The notes: generated by a model not told the origin, from the sequence alone. Positions 25,607 to 37,200 are shown, numbered from the stretch's first letter. The stretch is DNA of 64,000 bases from Candidatus Parcubacteria bacterium (GCA_026395685.1 JAPLYG010000009.1:81519-145518); one strand, 5' to 3'. Translations and numbers: made by a program.

Positions 25607-26788
25607 TTAATTTTCAAGTTTTAATTCTTTTTTTAAAACCGACAGCAAAGTCCCCAATCCCCACAAAACAATAGCCAGTTTAACAAACCAGCCTAAAAGA
25701 GGAATTGAACATATCAAATAGATAATTAATAAACCAATTATCATTGACCAGACTGCAGCCGGAGCATTTTGTCGGAAGATTTTCTTTAACACTTTTTCAC
25801 CGATATAAACGCCGATAAAAATACGGCACAGATAAATGGCTGTCAGATATAAGCCGCCTAAAATCATACTAAGCGGAAAACCGATAAATGTCACGGCTAA
25901 AATCATTAATGCAATCGGAATAACGATTAGATAAACAAAACCTTTTAAGATATTCAAAATAATATTTTTCTCTAATTCCATTTTTATCTTGCCGACAAAA
26001 TTCTTAAAAATAAATACCATTACCAAGCCGACAACAATTGCACCCAATAAACCCGCCAGCCAGAAAATTAATCTCAGCATATAGTTCGGTGCAGCCGGCT
26101 GAGGTGTTTCAATTTTTAATTGCGTGAATTTTTCTTCGCCTTTAATCTGTGCCCCGGCCTGTATTTCAGCCTGAAAAGGCGCGGTATATTCAAAATTACC
26201 GTTAATAATCGCGCTTGGCAGTAAAGTCAGAGAGCCTTCAGCGTCAATTCCAATATAGGCACTGCCTGTAATTTCATTGTTAATTAACAGATTACCTGCG
26301 GCGCAATATAAATTTTTCTTAATTTTACCGAATTCATCTACATTGCCGCCTAAGATAATGGCGCTTTTACCGATTTCAGCATCCTTATTTATAGTAATAG
26401 TTCCACCCAAGGCTGTCAGGTTACCTTCAATTTTGCCGTTAATTGTGACTGTCGCACCGGCTACTCTTAAATCCCCCTTAATTACTGAATTAATAACCAC
26501 GCTCGAACCAGCGACCATTAAATCCCCGTCAATCGGACCGGAAACAACCACATTGGCACCCGCCAAATAGACATCGTCTTTCATCTGGCTATTAAGATTG
26601 ATGTTTTGTCCGCTAGCCCAATATACATTTTCAAACACCTGGTCTGTTGATAAAAACAAGTTAATATTCTGGGGCTGATCAGCGCCTTTTCCCTGACAAT
26701 TTGTACTGGGCGCCATTAATATTAACACCGAAACAATCAAGAGCACTAAAATATTGAGTTTTTTACCTAATTTTTGCCTAAATTTCAT
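25607..26788 (-). CDS. Bactofilin-like beta-helix protein with C-terminal multi-TM domain
   Basis: Repeating DVYLAGANVVVSGPIDGDLMVAGSSVVINSVIKGDLRVAG pattern followed by about five TM helices; start uncertain. Confidence 0.8.
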   Translation of the reverse strand: MKFRQKLGKKLNILVLLIVSVLILMAPSTNCQGKGADQPQNINLFLSTDQVFENVYWASGQNINLNSQMKDDVYLAGANVVVSGPIDGDLMVAGSSVVINSVIKGDLRVAGATVTINGKIEGNLTALGGTITINKDAEIGKSAIILGGNVDEFGKIKKNLYCAAGNLLINNEITGSAYIGIDAEGSLTLLPSAIINGNFEYTAPFQAEIQAGAQIKGEEKFTQLKIETPQPAAPNYMLRLIFWLAGLLGAIVVGLVMVFIFKNFVGKIKMELEKNIILNILKGFVYLIVIPIALMILAVTFIGFPLSMILGGLYLTAIYLCRIFIGVYIGEKVLKKIFRQNAPAAVWSMIIGLLIIYLICSIPLLGWFVKLAIVLWGLGTLLSVLKKELKLEN

Positions 26789-26996
26789 AATAGGCTTCTC
26801 CTTTTTTAGCACTCCTATGACTAGGGGTGGATATTAGATTGAATAAAATTAAAATTTCTTTTGACATTAGGCCGTTTTCTATACTATAATTAGTACAGAT
26901 ATTCAGCTAGCCGTATGCTGAATTTCGTAGCGTATTAAAATAAGCCTAATTTATAACTTAAGTATATTAAATTTAATTAATTTAAGCAAAAAAACT

Positions 26997-27548
26997 ATGG
27001 AAATTTTGGGGATAGTACTCATTGTAGTTGCCATATTAATTGTCTGGTTAATTGCCGTCTACAATGATTTAATCAAAAGCCGAAACCGCGTGGATGAAGC
27101 TTGGTCAGATATTGATGTACAATTAAAGCGCCGCTATGACCTGATTCCAAATTTAGTGGAAACTGTTAAAGGTTATGCCGGGCATGAAAATCAGGTATTT
27201 ACCAAAGTAACAGAAGCCCGTTCTCAGGCTATGCAGGCAAAATCAATTGATGAAAAAGGCAAAGCTGAAGGCATGTTATCACAAACTTTAAAATCATTAT
27301 TTGCCGTAGCTGAATCATATCCTGAATTAAAAGCCTCAACTAATTTTTTACAGTTACAGGATGAATTAAGCGACACAGAAAATAAAATCCAGGCCTCTCG
27401 CCGTTTCTACAATGGCAATGTCCGTGATTTCAATACTAAAATTCAAGTTTTCCCCAATACTTTAGTCGCCAGTTTGTTAGGTTTTAAAAAATACGATTTT
27501 TTCCAGGCTGAAGAAGGTGAAAAAGCAGCCCCTCAAGTCAAATTCTAA
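26997..27548 (+). CDS. lemA: LemA family protein
   Basis: WSDIDVQLKRRYDLIPNLVETVKGYA, AVAESYPELKA and RRFYNGNV motifs. Confidence 0.95.
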   Translation: MEILGIVLIVVAILIVWLIAVYNDLIKSRNRVDEAWSDIDVQLKRRYDLIPNLVETVKGYAGHENQVFTKVTEARSQAMQAKSIDEKGKAEGMLSQTLKSLFAVAESYPELKASTNFLQLQDELSDTENKIQASRRFYNGNVRDFNTKIQVFPNTLVASLLGFKKYDFFQAEEGEKAAPQVKF

Positions 27549-27622
27549 AATTACTAATTGCTAATTAGCTACTAATCTATAATTATCAATATTCATAGAT
27601 TAGTAGAATATTCGCATATTAG

Positions 27623-27662
27623 CCTGCCTGACGCCTGCCTGATGGTAGGCAGGGCAGACAGG
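27623..27662. repeat. Nested 20-nt palindromes
   Basis: CCTGCCTGACG[CCTGCCTGATGGTAGGCAGG]GCAGACAGG. Confidence 0.8.
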
Positions 27663-27668
27663 TATCCT

Positions 27669-28553
27669 ATGTACCAACAAATCGATTCCAATAAGAGAAA
27701 GACCGCCATACTAATGGTATTGTTTATTATTTTTGTATTAGGGTTGGGCTGGCTTTTCAGCTATTTAAGTGAGATGGGCTCTGGGGGCATTTTTTTAGCG
27801 GCAATTATTTCTCTGGCCATGGCAGCAACCAGCTATTATGCTGGCGACAAGATCGCCTTAACAACTGCCGGCGCCAAAGAAATAGCCAAAGAGGATAATC
27901 CCTATGTTTATCGTTTGGTGGAAAATTTATGCATCACTGCCGGGTTGCCAATACCCAAGGTATATATTATTTATGATCCCAATATTAATGCCTTTGCTAC
28001 TGGCCGCGATCCGCAGCATGCTTCGCTTGCCGTTACCCAGGGCGCAATTAATAAATTAGAAAATTTAGAATTGGAAGGCGTTATTGCCCATGAATTAGCG
28101 CATATTAAAAATTATGACATCCGCTTCATGATGGTAATAATCGTCCTGGTCGGCATTATTGCCCTGCTCGCAGACTGGCTAATGCACGGCTTTTTATGGA
28201 ATAGAAGCAACCGGGATAAAGGGAATCTGGGCATAATATTTTTAATCGCCGGCATCGCGCTGGCCATCCTTTCCCCGCTAATCGCTAAAATTATTCAATT
28301 AGCAATTTCACGCCGACGGGAATATTTAGCTGATGCCACAGGATCGCTTTTAACCCGTTACCCTCAGGGCTTAGCTAATGCTTTGGAAAAAATCGGGCAG
28401 GAAAATATTAACCCGCTAATCCGCGCTAATAATGCAACCGCTCATCTATATATAGCCAACCCCTTTGGCCAGACAAGAAAACTATTTTCCAATTTATTTT
28501 CTACTCATCCCCCGCTGGAGGATCGTATCGCCCAGTTGAGATCCATGGCTTAA
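27669..28553 (+). CDS. htpX: Zinc metalloprotease HtpX (M48)
   Basis: NAFATGRDP, HELAH, SRRREYLADA and FSTHPP motifs; start reassigned to MYQQ. Confidence 0.93.
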   Translation: MYQQIDSNKRKTAILMVLFIIFVLGLGWLFSYLSEMGSGGIFLAAIISLAMAATSYYAGDKIALTTAGAKEIAKEDNPYVYRLVENLCITAGLPIPKVYIIYDPNINAFATGRDPQHASLAVTQGAINKLENLELEGVIAHELAHIKNYDIRFMMVIIVLVGIIALLADWLMHGFLWNRSNRDKGNLGIIFLIAGIALAILSPLIAKIIQLAISRRREYLADATGSLLTRYPQGLANALEKIGQENINPLIRANNATAHLYIANPFGQTRKLFSNLFSTHPPLEDRIAQLRSMA

Positions 28554-28599
28554 AAATTATAAATTGAATATTATAAACTAAAAATTTATTTCAATTCCC

Positions 28600-29355
28600 A
28601 TGCCCCAAAAAACATCTCTTCTCAAATTCTTTAAAGATTTTAAAGAAAACACAAAAAAACACTCCCCTAATTTGGTTTTTGCCACGCTATTTACGGCTAT
28701 TTTTGCCGCAATCATTTTGACGATCTTTTTCGGCCTCTACTATTTTATTATGTCCAAGTCATCACTAAGCACATTTTTGGCCGTGCGCTTTACTTTTCTG
28801 GTTATTAATTACCTTTTAGTGCTGATTTTATCTTCCATTGTGCAAATAATAGTAATTAAGGTGTTCTTCGAGCCGGAGCTCAAACTTGCAAATCTAGTCG
28901 GCCATGTAAAAGATTACTTCTGGAAATTCTTAGGATTAAGCATAGTAATTAACATCTTGTTTTTACTTTTTTGCCTGCCCATCTATGCCGCGCTGCTATT
29001 ATTTGCCATTGAAAACTTTATTCTCGCCATAGTATCTCTAATTACCGGTATCTTACTGATATTATTTTTTACCGCGTATGTTATGTTCAGCCCTTTTATT
29101 TTGATTGAAAAAAAGGAAAAAGTTTACCATGCGCTCAAACAATCAATGGATATGGCTTCAGGCAACCTTTGGGGCATTCTTAGCAAATTGCTTATTTTAA
29201 TCGTTATTCTGATTGCCTTAAACTACATTGCCACCTTATTTATAAATATTCCCTGGGTCGGCCAAGTCTTTGAATTAGCCGGTATTTTCCTTCTTTTTTT
29301 AGTAACTTTCATCTACGTTTTTACTCTTTACGAAAATATTAAAATTAAAAATTAA
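28600..29355 (+). CDS. Polytopic membrane protein
   Basis: About six TM helices; PFILIEKKEKVYHALKQSMDMASGNLW pattern. Confidence 0.75.
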   Translation: MPQKTSLLKFFKDFKENTKKHSPNLVFATLFTAIFAAIILTIFFGLYYFIMSKSSLSTFLAVRFTFLVINYLLVLILSSIVQIIVIKVFFEPELKLANLVGHVKDYFWKFLGLSIVINILFLLFCLPIYAALLLFAIENFILAIVSLITGILLILFFTAYVMFSPFILIEKKEKVYHALKQSMDMASGNLWGILSKLLILIVILIALNYIATLFINIPWVGQVFELAGIFLLFLVTFIYVFTLYENIKIKN

Positions 29356-29370
29356 TTTCTAACTTTTGGC

Positions 29371-30643
29371 AATGGCGGCTCTAAACACCCAACCGATAAT
29401 ACCCAATGACTTAGCTGGCCAAGTAGCCAGAGAGCTTAAGTTAAAAAAAGATTCGGTTAAAAACAAAAAATATAACCGCCAGGTCGCTAATCTGCAAAAA
29501 AAGCTATCGTCTATTGCCCAAGATTTAAATTCAGAATCTGAAAATGGAAAAAAGGCGGGTGCAAGACAGCTTCGGGAAGAAAACGCCACTACCTCTGCTG
29601 AAGATACAGAAGCAGAAACACCGCAACCACAGGCGCAACAGGCACCCGGTGCAAAAAATAAGAAAAAAAATATTCCCCCAAAAGATGCCCGGCAAGCTGC
29701 CGGACAAGCAAAAAAATCAGCGCCCGGTAACCAAGCTCAAGCACCTGAAGGCTCTAAAACTACGCCCGCAAATCAAAATAACAACATACCGGCTGAAACT
29801 TTATTGGGCCAAAAACAGCCACAGCAGCCAGAAAACCTAGAAGCTGATACTTTACAAAAAGCCCCTCAACCTGAGGAAGCTGAAGAAAATGCAGCAGCAG
29901 AACCCGAGACAGAACCAGAAGAAGAAGAAAACGAAGAGAATACAGCTCCTTATCAACCATTAACTCAAGATGAAGAAGGAGCAGAAGGCGAAACAAAAAA
30001 AGAAGAAAAGGAGAAGCAAGATGAGGAACCTGAAACACCAGAACAAGCCCCGATGCAAAAAGAAACACCAGCAGAAGGACAACCAGCGCCAACGGAAAGG
30101 CAAGGTGCAGCAGAGGAAATAACTGAAAAGATAGAATCAGAAGAAGAAGAAAAAGAAGCAGAAAGAGATTTATCAAGAGAGCAGCGTTTGGCTGCTATAG
30201 CGGAAAAAAAAGAGGAAGAAAAAGAAGGCAAAGGCGAAGAAAGTCAGGGCGCAGAAGCAGCGAAAAGTCCTCTGGATATTGGCTGGCAACTGGCATCGGC
30301 TAAAGCGTTAATTTGGTCTTGGACTACTTTCTACTATGTGTTACCCCTTCTTTATACAAATTTCCATTTTATCGGAAAATATATTGCTTACAGCAACTGG
30401 TTTTGTAAATTTGGCGAGGAGGTAACTATTACCAAAAAAGCAACGAGCCAAATGGCTGCACAAGTACTTGGTGAGAAGAACGAAAATAATCCCATGGCAG
30501 GAATCCTTGCAGCCGGATCCGAATGGTTAGAAATAATAGCGCTGTTTACTCTTGATTTAATTATTAGTCTGATAATAGGCGGATTTATCTATCTAGTTTA
30601 TTATGTATTGGAACATTATAGCTGGATAACGCATATCCTATAA
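29371..30643 (+). CDS. Acidic low-complexity protein with C-terminal TM segments
   Basis: Long E/Q/P/A-rich region with a hydrophobic C-terminus; the exact start is uncertain (TTG 29366 or the in-frame ATG near 29372). Confidence 0.7.
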
Positions 30644-30701
30644 TTTTCGCCTAATGTTATATGAAATCTTAAATAATAAAAATATATTAATTATTTAAAT
30701 T

Positions 30702-31964
30702 ATGTCTGACAAATTAAAAAAGTATTTATTAATCATCGGCTTTGTCTTATTAGTTTTATTCCTGGGCTTTTTAATTTATTGGCTTTTTTTCCGGGAAATT
30801 ATTCCCCTGCCCTTCCAAAATATTGTAACCCCTGTCAATAATGCCAATTTTCCCAATGCTAATGAAAAGCCGCCAATAACAAATTTAAACGGGAATGAAA
30901 ATGTAGCGCCTATTAACGAGCAAATATTGCCGGCACTGCCGCCGGTAACCGGCGAAGTGGGTCCCACCATCTCCCCGTTTGCGAATGGCGGATTGACTGA
31001 TTACACTACCCTGGAAACAAGATTTGTTTCTTCCCCGACCTTAGCTGCCAATGGCCGTGATTTGGTTTATTATGACAAAACAGACGGATTCATTTATAAA
31101 CTTATAACAGAAACAGGCGCTAAGGAAAAATTTAACGAAAACCAGTTCAATAATGTTGAAAAAGCCACCTGGTCAAATAATATGGCTAAAGCAGTCTTTG
31201 AATATCCTGACGGCGGTAATGTGGTTTTTGATTTTAATACCAATCTATCAGTGACTTTACCCAGCCAATGGAAAGATTTCTCTTTTTCTCCTGATGGCAA
31301 TAAGCTTGCTTTTAAAAATATAATGCTTGATCCGGAAGAACGCTATATATCCATAGCCAATAGCAATGGCAGTGATTTTACCGAAATCCAGGCCATTGGT
31401 GAAAAAGACAGCGATTTGTATGTTGATTGGAGCCCGAATAATAAATACGTAGCTTTATATCGCGAGGGCATGGATGCCAGCCGTTCAGAAATTTACCCTA
31501 TCGGCTTTAATGATGAAAATTTTGCCAGCATCAGAGTCGAAGGACGTAACCCAAGCTTTCTTTACTCGCCTAGCGGCAATCTTTTACTTTATAGCGTATT
31601 TAATTCCCGTTCTGACTTTAAACCTCTTTTATGGTTTGTCATAAGTGATACTGCCAGCCTGGGCGCCGGACGACGTGATTTGGGACTGAATACCTGGGCC
31701 TCCAAATGCACATTTGCCACGGAAACAATTGTTTATTGCGCAGTGCCACGGACAATGGAAATGGGCACCGGTTATATTCCTTCACTGGCAGATAATACTC
31801 CGGATGACTTTTTCCGCATTAATTTAACAACTACTAATAAGACGATGATTGCCCGCCCGATTTTCAATACCACCGTGGAAAAACTCTTTGTCTCAAGCGA
31901 CCAGAGCAAATTATATTGGTATGAAAAAGGCACAGGCAACATCAAAGAAATTAAATTAAAGTAA
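30702..31964 (+). CDS. Membrane-anchored beta-propeller (TolB-like) protein
   Basis: N-terminal TM helix; FSFSPDGNKLAF, WSPNNKYVA and YSPSGNLLLY blade motifs. Confidence 0.8.
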   Translation: MSDKLKKYLLIIGFVLLVLFLGFLIYWLFFREIIPLPFQNIVTPVNNANFPNANEKPPITNLNGNENVAPINEQILPALPPVTGEVGPTISPFANGGLTDYTTLETRFVSSPTLAANGRDLVYYDKTDGFIYKLITETGAKEKFNENQFNNVEKATWSNNMAKAVFEYPDGGNVVFDFNTNLSVTLPSQWKDFSFSPDGNKLAFKNIMLDPEERYISIANSNGSDFTEIQAIGEKDSDLYVDWSPNNKYVALYREGMDASRSEIYPIGFNDENFASIRVEGRNPSFLYSPSGNLLLYSVFNSRSDFKPLLWFVISDTASLGAGRRDLGLNTWASKCTFATETIVYCAVPRTMEMGTGYIPSLADNTPDDFFRINLTTTNKTMIARPIFNTTVEKLFVSSDQSKLYWYEKGTGNIKEIKLK

Positions 31965-31968
31965 CTTT

Positions 31969-32145
31969 ATGGCAAAATTCTCCTTACCACGATCACCGAA
32001 GATGGATTTTTTCTATTTTATAGTTTTTTCCCTTGTTGTTATAATCATTTTTACTGTCATTATAATCGGCACTTTTTATGACTACTGGCAAAGAGGCCAC
32101 AAAATAGAGCAATATTATAAAAGTCCTGTTTCCAGCGCTCTCTAA
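31969..32145 (+). CDS. 58-aa single-pass membrane protein
   Basis: Manual translation MAKFSLPRSPKMDFFYFIVFSLVVIIIFTVIIIGTFYDYWQRGHKIEQYYKSPVSSAL*; it fills the gap before radA exactly. Confidence 0.6.
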   Translation: MAKFSLPRSPKMDFFYFIVFSLVVIIIFTVIIIGTFYDYWQRGHKIEQYYKSPVSSAL

Positions 32146-32148
32146 ATT

Positions 32149-33486
32149 ATGTCTAAACAACCTCAAACAATTTTCAGCTGCACAAAATGCGGCGCCCAGC
32201 ATCCAAAATGGACTGGGCGTTGTTTGACTTGCGGCGCCTGGGGCACAATATCAGAAGAAACGGAAAATGAAAAAATCCAAATGACTCATATCAAAGTGGA
32301 TACCTCGCAATTAGTTGACTTTAATATAGCGCAAACTACAAAATTTGAACGGCTAATTACCGGCTTTGACGAATTCGATCGGGTACTGGGCGGAGGGATT
32401 GTCAGCGGCAGCTTGCTTTTACTCGGAGGCGAGCCGGGAATCGGCAAATCAACCATTGTCCTGCAAATCTGCCAACAGCTCAAAGCCCATATTCTATATG
32501 TTTCCGGAGAAGAATCAGCCAGCCAAATTAAGATGCGGGTGGACAGGCTTAATCTTAATTTCGCCAATTTAAAATTTTTAGCGGAAAACAATATAGAAAA
32601 AATAGTAGGCTTTGCCCTTGAAGAAAAACCGAACCTGATTATCATTGACTCGATTCAAACTTTATATTCCACCGAATTGCCGTCTGAAGCCGGCTCAATT
32701 AATCAGGTACGCATTTGTACTGTCAAACTTTTAGAAATCGCCAAAAAGTATAATATCTCAATTTTATTAATCGGTCATGTTACTAAAGACGGCCAAGTCG
32801 CAGGACCCAAATCTTTAGAACATTTAGTTGATGCCGTCTTATATTTAGAAGCGTCGACCGGCAATGACTTTAGACTTTTACGCTGCGCAAAAAACCGCTT
32901 TGGCTCAACTCAGGAAATAGGTATTTTCAGCATGACCAATAACGGGCTGGAAGAAGTAAAAAATCCCTCCGAATTATTTTTACCGCAGAATCAGGAACCA
33001 GCATCAGGCTCAGCCTTAACCTGTGTAATGGAAGGCAGCCGGCCGTTTTTGATTGAAGTCCAAGCGCTGGTAACCAAAACCATGTTTGGCTATCCGCAAA
33101 GAAAAAGTGCGGGTTATGATTTAAACCGCCTGCAAATGCTGATCGCGGTTTTGATTAAACGCACTCAAGTACCGCTTTTAAATCAAGATGTCTTTTTGAA
33201 TATCACCGGCGGCTTGAAAATAACTGAAACCGGCGCAGATTTAGCAGTTTGCCTGGCAATTGTTTCTTCCCTAAAAAATATAATTATTCCGGACAGAACT
33301 TCAATCATTGGTGAAGTCGGTCTGGGCGGTGAAATCAGGCCAGTATATCAGCTGGAAAAAAGAGTCGAAGAATCCCTGAAAATGAATTTTAAAAAGATTT
33401 TGATTCCGAACAGCAAAATCAAGCTGGAACGTAAAGAACTGATTGTAGTAAAAAATCTTGAAGAGGCGATTAAAGCTATTAACTAA
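32149..33486 (+). CDS. radA: DNA repair protein RadA/Sms
   Basis: C4 zinc finger, GGEPGIGKST, KNRFG and a Lon-like C-terminus. Confidence 0.97.
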   Translation: MSKQPQTIFSCTKCGAQHPKWTGRCLTCGAWGTISEETENEKIQMTHIKVDTSQLVDFNIAQTTKFERLITGFDEFDRVLGGGIVSGSLLLLGGEPGIGKSTIVLQICQQLKAHILYVSGEESASQIKMRVDRLNLNFANLKFLAENNIEKIVGFALEEKPNLIIIDSIQTLYSTELPSEAGSINQVRICTVKLLEIAKKYNISILLIGHVTKDGQVAGPKSLEHLVDAVLYLEASTGNDFRLLRCAKNRFGSTQEIGIFSMTNNGLEEVKNPSELFLPQNQEPASGSALTCVMEGSRPFLIEVQALVTKTMFGYPQRKSAGYDLNRLQMLIAVLIKRTQVPLLNQDVFLNITGGLKITETGADLAVCLAIVSSLKNIIIPDRTSIIGEVGLGGEIRPVYQLEKRVEESLKMNFKKILIPNSKIKLERKELIVVKNLEEAIKAIN

Positions 33487-33586
33487 GAAACAAACTGCAT
33501 GTTAGCGCTGACAATAAATTATATTAACTCCCGAATTTAATACTTAATTATACCCCTTAGCGCGGGGTCTTTTTATTTAGTATGCT

Positions 33587-34228
33587 ATGCCGGCTTATCG
33601 AAGATTAAATCCTAAATTTTATCAGCAAAATACTTTTGAGTTTGCCCGGGATTTGCTGGGTAAGTATTTGATGCGTAAGCAGGGCAAATACACCTTAATT
33701 GGCAAGATCGTTGAAACAGAGGCCTATTTTGGCCCAAATGACCTAGCTTCACACGCCTCCCGCGGTAAAACAGCCCGAACACAGATGATGTTTGAGCATG
33801 CCGGATTGGCTTATATTTATCTGATTTATGGAATGTATTATTGCTTCAATATTGTTACGGAAGCCAAGGATTTCCCTGCCGCCATCCTAATCCGCGCCGT
33901 CGAACCCATCTCGGGAATTTCTCAAATGCAAAAAAACCGTCATCTAAATAAAAAACTTATAGTCCCAATGCCTAATGCCCAATGCCCAATCCCTAATCTA
34001 ACCAACGGTCCCGCCAAACTCTGCCAAGCCTTTAAGATTGATAAAAAGCTAAACGGCCATAATCTAATCACCAGCAAACTTCTCTACTTGGCTGAAAATC
34101 CTAAAGAAAAAATCAAGCCCTCTCAAATCCAAAGCGCCAAACGCGTCAACATTGACTATGCCGGGCATTATAAGCATAAGCTTTGGCGCTACTATATCAA
34201 AAACAATACTTTTGTGTCAATGAAATAA
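33587..34228 (+). CDS. mpg: 3-methyladenine DNA glycosylase (MPG/AAG family)
   Basis: IVETEAY, AYIYLIYGMYYCFNIV, ILIRAVEP and TNGPAKLCQA motifs. Confidence 0.93.
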   Translation: MPAYRRLNPKFYQQNTFEFARDLLGKYLMRKQGKYTLIGKIVETEAYFGPNDLASHASRGKTARTQMMFEHAGLAYIYLIYGMYYCFNIVTEAKDFPAAILIRAVEPISGISQMQKNRHLNKKLIVPMPNAQCPIPNLTNGPAKLCQAFKIDKKLNGHNLITSKLLYLAENPKEKIKPSQIQSAKRVNIDYAGHYKHKLWRYYIKNNTFVSMK

Positions 34229-34239
34229 TACAAAGAACA

Positions 34240-34268
34240 AAAAAAGAACCCCGCAGGGTTCTTTTTTT
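34240..34268. terminator. Bidirectional intrinsic terminator
   Basis: AAAAAAGAACCC-cgca-GGGTTCTTTTTT between convergent genes. Confidence 0.85.
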
Positions 34269-34289
34269 ATCTTATCCGATACTTCCAAA

Positions 34290-37200
34290 TTATCTAAAAG
34301 TTAAATTGCCTATTAAGTATTCTCCCGTATAACCCCGGTTTTCCTGTCCATTAGACGCTCCCCAGCTGTATATATAGGTTCTCAAAGTTCTAGCGCAACA
34401 TGGGCTTAGGAAATCTGTATCCCTTACATCTGCGACAACTAATATATTTAACGGAGAGCCAACAGTTAATCCGTTATTTGCCGTTAAGTTAATATAGGAA
34501 AAATCACTGCCTCCGTAAGTAACATTAGGGAAATATCCGGTACCCATTAAATTTTCAGGAGCCACTGAATCTTTATAAATTTTAACCTCTACAGTATTGT
34601 CTCCGATTTGACCAGGCTCACTGCCAATTAATGTACCGTTTAACTTTAAAGCTAACTGCGTTAAAACAGTATTTTGATTACAATCGGCAACTATTTGCGC
34701 GGCAGTCCTACCGATGATAATAGAGGAGCTATCTTTGGATCTAATTAGACGGTTCCCCGTTTCACTGATAGCGGGATTAAGTGTTACTGCTGTTGCTGTT
34801 CGAGAACATTGGCATTGCCCTGATACTGTATTCATTCCATAGCCTGGCGCGCATAAAAAGTTGCATGTGCCCATACTTAAATTATAATTTTTTACATATA
34901 CAGGCTGCCATTTCGTGCCGGACCAGGCTTGAGTATAAGAACTTTCGCCGTTCCATTGCTGACCGGTATTCAAAGCGCCGCAGGAGATTGTCCTGGTCAG
35001 AGCCTCACACTTTTTTGCAGAGGCATTGTACTCATAGTTCATCTTGCATTTAAAATTGCAGGAGCCCGCGGTTGTAGCATTATAATTTTTTACATATACA
35101 GGCAGCCATTCCGAACCGTTCCAGGTTTGTGTGTATGAGCTGTCGCCATTCCATTCCTCACCGTCATATAAATCCCCGCAGGAAGCTCCCTGGGTCTGGG
35201 AGCATTTATGCGTACTCACATCACTGCATTCTCTGCATATTTGCCCCATTGAATCTATTGATGTTTCCGCGCACTTTTTTGATTGGCAGATGCTCTGGGT
35301 GATTGTTCTGGTATATTCCCTCATGTTTCCTTCCGGGTCTAATTTACAGATTAACTGATCTCCTATCGGCCTGCAGTCCGCATTGCTCTTGCAGTCATTC
35401 AGCCACACCGCCCTGCCAAGTTCGCATATGCCCAAATCAGGCGCTGTCTTGTTTATTATTTTATCAGATTTCGTTGCTATGCCCAGCAAAAGTCCGACAT
35501 GATCCCTGAAAAAGTCACAATTATTCTCATCTAAGCATTTACTTTGGATGAGTTCGGATCTTAGGGGTGTATCCGCCTTGTATGCGGTTTGGAGTGATAT
35601 CATGAGCCTTATGATTTGGCCGATATTAGCTTTATTAAGGAGTGATGATCCTAAAGCGCCTTCCGTAAGTATGTTGCCAATGCAAGAATCTGTCTGATCC
35701 ATTTTTCCGCACCCGTCCACTGCCATATTTAATGTTCCCCGGTGATTACTTACAGCTCCTCCGTCAGAATCTGTCGGAACATTCACCGTAAGGGGGTCAT
35801 TTTCCAAAATGCCTGCCGCTACTACCTGATATTCTCTGCCGTCATTGCCTGTGAGTTTTAAATCAGCGCTTTGGTAGCATATTGCCGGGCATCCGCACAG
35901 ACCTCCAGGTACACCGTCGCAGTTAGAATCCCCGCACTTAAGGTCGCCCTGACTAAAATAAGGATAACCATTATTAATAGAATCACGAATATCCCAAATA
36001 TTTTCATTGGCGTTGTCATCGTACGGATTAGAAACAAAATCCCAAGGCGTTGTCAGGCCAGCTGTCGCAAGAGAAGTGAATGTTTCTATACTTTTCATCT
36101 CCGCAGTTGTCTTGCCCGTGGTGCCGGAAGGGCATATGTCCCTTGATATGCCGGATATTTCAGTGTCCCAGAAGCTATTTTGGCAACTTTCAGGTAGGCC
36201 ACCAGCTACGACTCCCGCTACATTAAACCAATCAGGAGTGGCTTCTATTTTTCCGGCGACATAGGAATTGGAAATTAAACCGAAATTCATTCCTGCTAAA
36301 CCTCCTATCGTAGGAGTCAAGGATGTTGACTTAACAAAAACTCTGGAGTAAGAATTTGAAATTTGTCCCTCATATTGATTTTCTCCCAATAATCCACCGC
36401 AATATTGATTACAATTAACATCCCCTGTCGCATAAGAATTTGATATATCAGCATCATTTTTGCCTACTATTCCCCCCGCATATGTGTCACCTGTAATATC
36501 TACATCTTCCAAGCCGACATTTTTTATAATAACCCTTCCGCCTAATCCGTAAGCGGATGTCTTACCAAATAAACCAATGGGCTTTTTAAAATTAGAATCC
36601 GGCCTGTTTACATATAATCCTTTGATAATATGATTTTGTCCGTCAAATGTTCCTGAAAACGGCGTTCCTTCGGTTCCAATCGGTTCAAACCCCGCGCCGT
36701 TGTTCCAATTTACTGTATCAGAACAGTCAATATCATTGGTTAATACATAATTATTATGGATGGGGAAATTATTAATGGCTTGCAATTCCTCGCAGTCAGA
36801 TATTGATATGGTTTGTGGAGTAATTGATTTTGATTTCATTACAACAATCGCGCCAAATTCCATACCGCAGCTGCCATAATCAATTTTTAAATAACCGTTA
36901 TCATGACTACCAGCATCTGCGCCCCAACTGTTCTTTAATATCCAATAGCCTTTTTCGTCATTATACCCTACTAGGACTACAGCATGGTTTGCCATGGGGG
37001 GATCAAATGAACATCTAAATATGCCATTAGAATCAAAAGTGCCGTTAAGATCCCAAGAAAAAGTTACGCTAAGAGGCCCGTAGTTAATAAGATATTGTTT
37101 AATAATTGCAGAATCAGGAGGCAAAGATAACCACTGATTTATTTTTACTACCCTGCTTTGCCAGTTAGCGCAACGGTCACTACAAGTAGCATCACTGCAT

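Noticed and set aside
26806-26834. Possible CIRCE (HrcA) operator upstream of lemA-htpX
   Set aside because: The left arm TTAGCACTC is perfect, but the right arm does not match GAGTGCTAA at 9-nt spacing; half-site only.
34860-35185. Two similar ~150-nt segments as a possible DGR template/variable repeat pair
   Set aside because: Both are in frame in the same protein, the differences are not adenine-specific, and no reverse transcriptase is present.
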